Assembly: GCA_002269645.1 (NCBI GenBank)
Contig: NIVC01002028.1
Location: forward strand, 1 to 49,743
Direction of reading: 5' to 3'
Source: Macrostomum lignano
Taxonomy: Eukaryota
DNA: 49,743 nucleotides
How positions within the stretch are numbered: position 1 is the first letter of the stretch; the number at the start of each line of letters is the position of its first letter. The notes beneath the pieces were generated by a model that worked only from the letters and a program-made list of their open reading frames with translations, was not told where the DNA came from and made no database searches. Positions 48,983-49,743 of the stretch are shown in pieces. The position numbers and the translations under genes are program-made.

Positions 48983-49590
48983 GAGCTGTCCAATTCAATG
49001 GCTTTTTATTAACTTGATTGGCTGTATTGTCTATGGCCGAGTGCAGTTCTGTGGCAGTGGCTTCTGTTGCGAGCTGTCCAATTCATTGGCTTTTTATTAA
49101 CTTGATTGGCTGTATTGTCCATGGCGAGTGCAGTTCTGTGCAGTGGCTTCTGTTGCGAGCTGTCCAATTCATTGGCTTTTTATTAACTTGATTGGCTGTA
49201 TTGTCTATGGCCGAGTGCAGTTCTGCGGCAGTGGCTGCCATTGCGAGCTGTCCAATTCATTGGCTTTTTATTAACTTGATTGGCTGTATTGTCTATGGCC
49301 GAGTGCAGTTCTGCGGCAGTGGCTGCCATTGCGAGCTGTCCAATTCAATGGCTTTTTATTAACTTGATTGGCTGTATTGTCTATGGCCGAGTGCAGTTCT
49401 TTGGCAGTGGCTTCTGTTGCGAGCTGTCCAATTCATAGGCTTTTTATTAACTTGATTGGCTGTATTGTCTATGGCCGAGTGCAGTTCTGCGGCAGTGGCT
49501 GCCATTGCGAGCTGTCCAAATCATTGGCTTTTTATTAACTTGATTGGCTGTATTGTCTATGGCCGAGTGCAGTTCTGCGGCAGTGGCTTC
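48983..49590. repeat. 88-bp tandem repeat, ~7 copies
   Basis: Units start at 48983, 49071, 49157, 49245, 49333, 49421 and 49509. Confidence 0.96.
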
Positions 49591-49743
49591 TTCCAAGAAA
49601 AATTTGGATTCTTTACTTAATCGGCTTAGTTATATCAAGAAAATCCAAGAAAATTTTGGATTCTTTACTTAATCGGCTTAGTTATAAGCTTGACTGACAA
49701 AAGAAATACTGATTAACTTTTATAAACTATTCTAACTTGTGAA

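Overview
Eukaryotic (metazoan, invertebrate) genomic DNA with spliceosomal introns. The repeat load, short introns and gene content are consistent with a free-living flatworm such as Macrostomum, but that is inference only. No rRNA, genuine tRNA or CRISPR array was found. Genes reconstructed by hand from GT-AG junctions and frame continuity: (1) a minus-strand 3-exon Y_phosphatase3/IphP-like protein lacking the catalytic CX5R motif (6433-8049); (2) a single-pass membrane ORF (10040-10579); (3) an SLC13 Na+/dicarboxylate-sulfate symporter (13244-17211); (4) one ~1240-aa spliced gene joining ~18 ankyrin repeats to a cGAS/Mab-21-like (cGLR) nucleotidyltransferase with an intact catalytic motif (17841-22714), which the ORF track shows as four separate ORFs; (5) a stefin-type cystatin; (6) a 2-exon DEG/ENaC channel; (7) a coiled-coil protein; (8) the last two coding exons of a receptor-type guanylate cyclase. 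Mobile DNA includes a young 1.2-kb non-autonomous LTR element (TRIM-like, with TSD and PBS), a 2.25-kb solo-LTR-like element carrying a full Pol II promoter and a mini-intron, two tRNA-derived SINE families (one CORE-type), several MITE/foldback elements and a piggyBac relic. About 15 tandem arrays occur; many share a (A/T)GACAC core and start next to splice donors or stop codons. Three single-base deletions break otherwise intact CDSs and look like long-read assembly errors.
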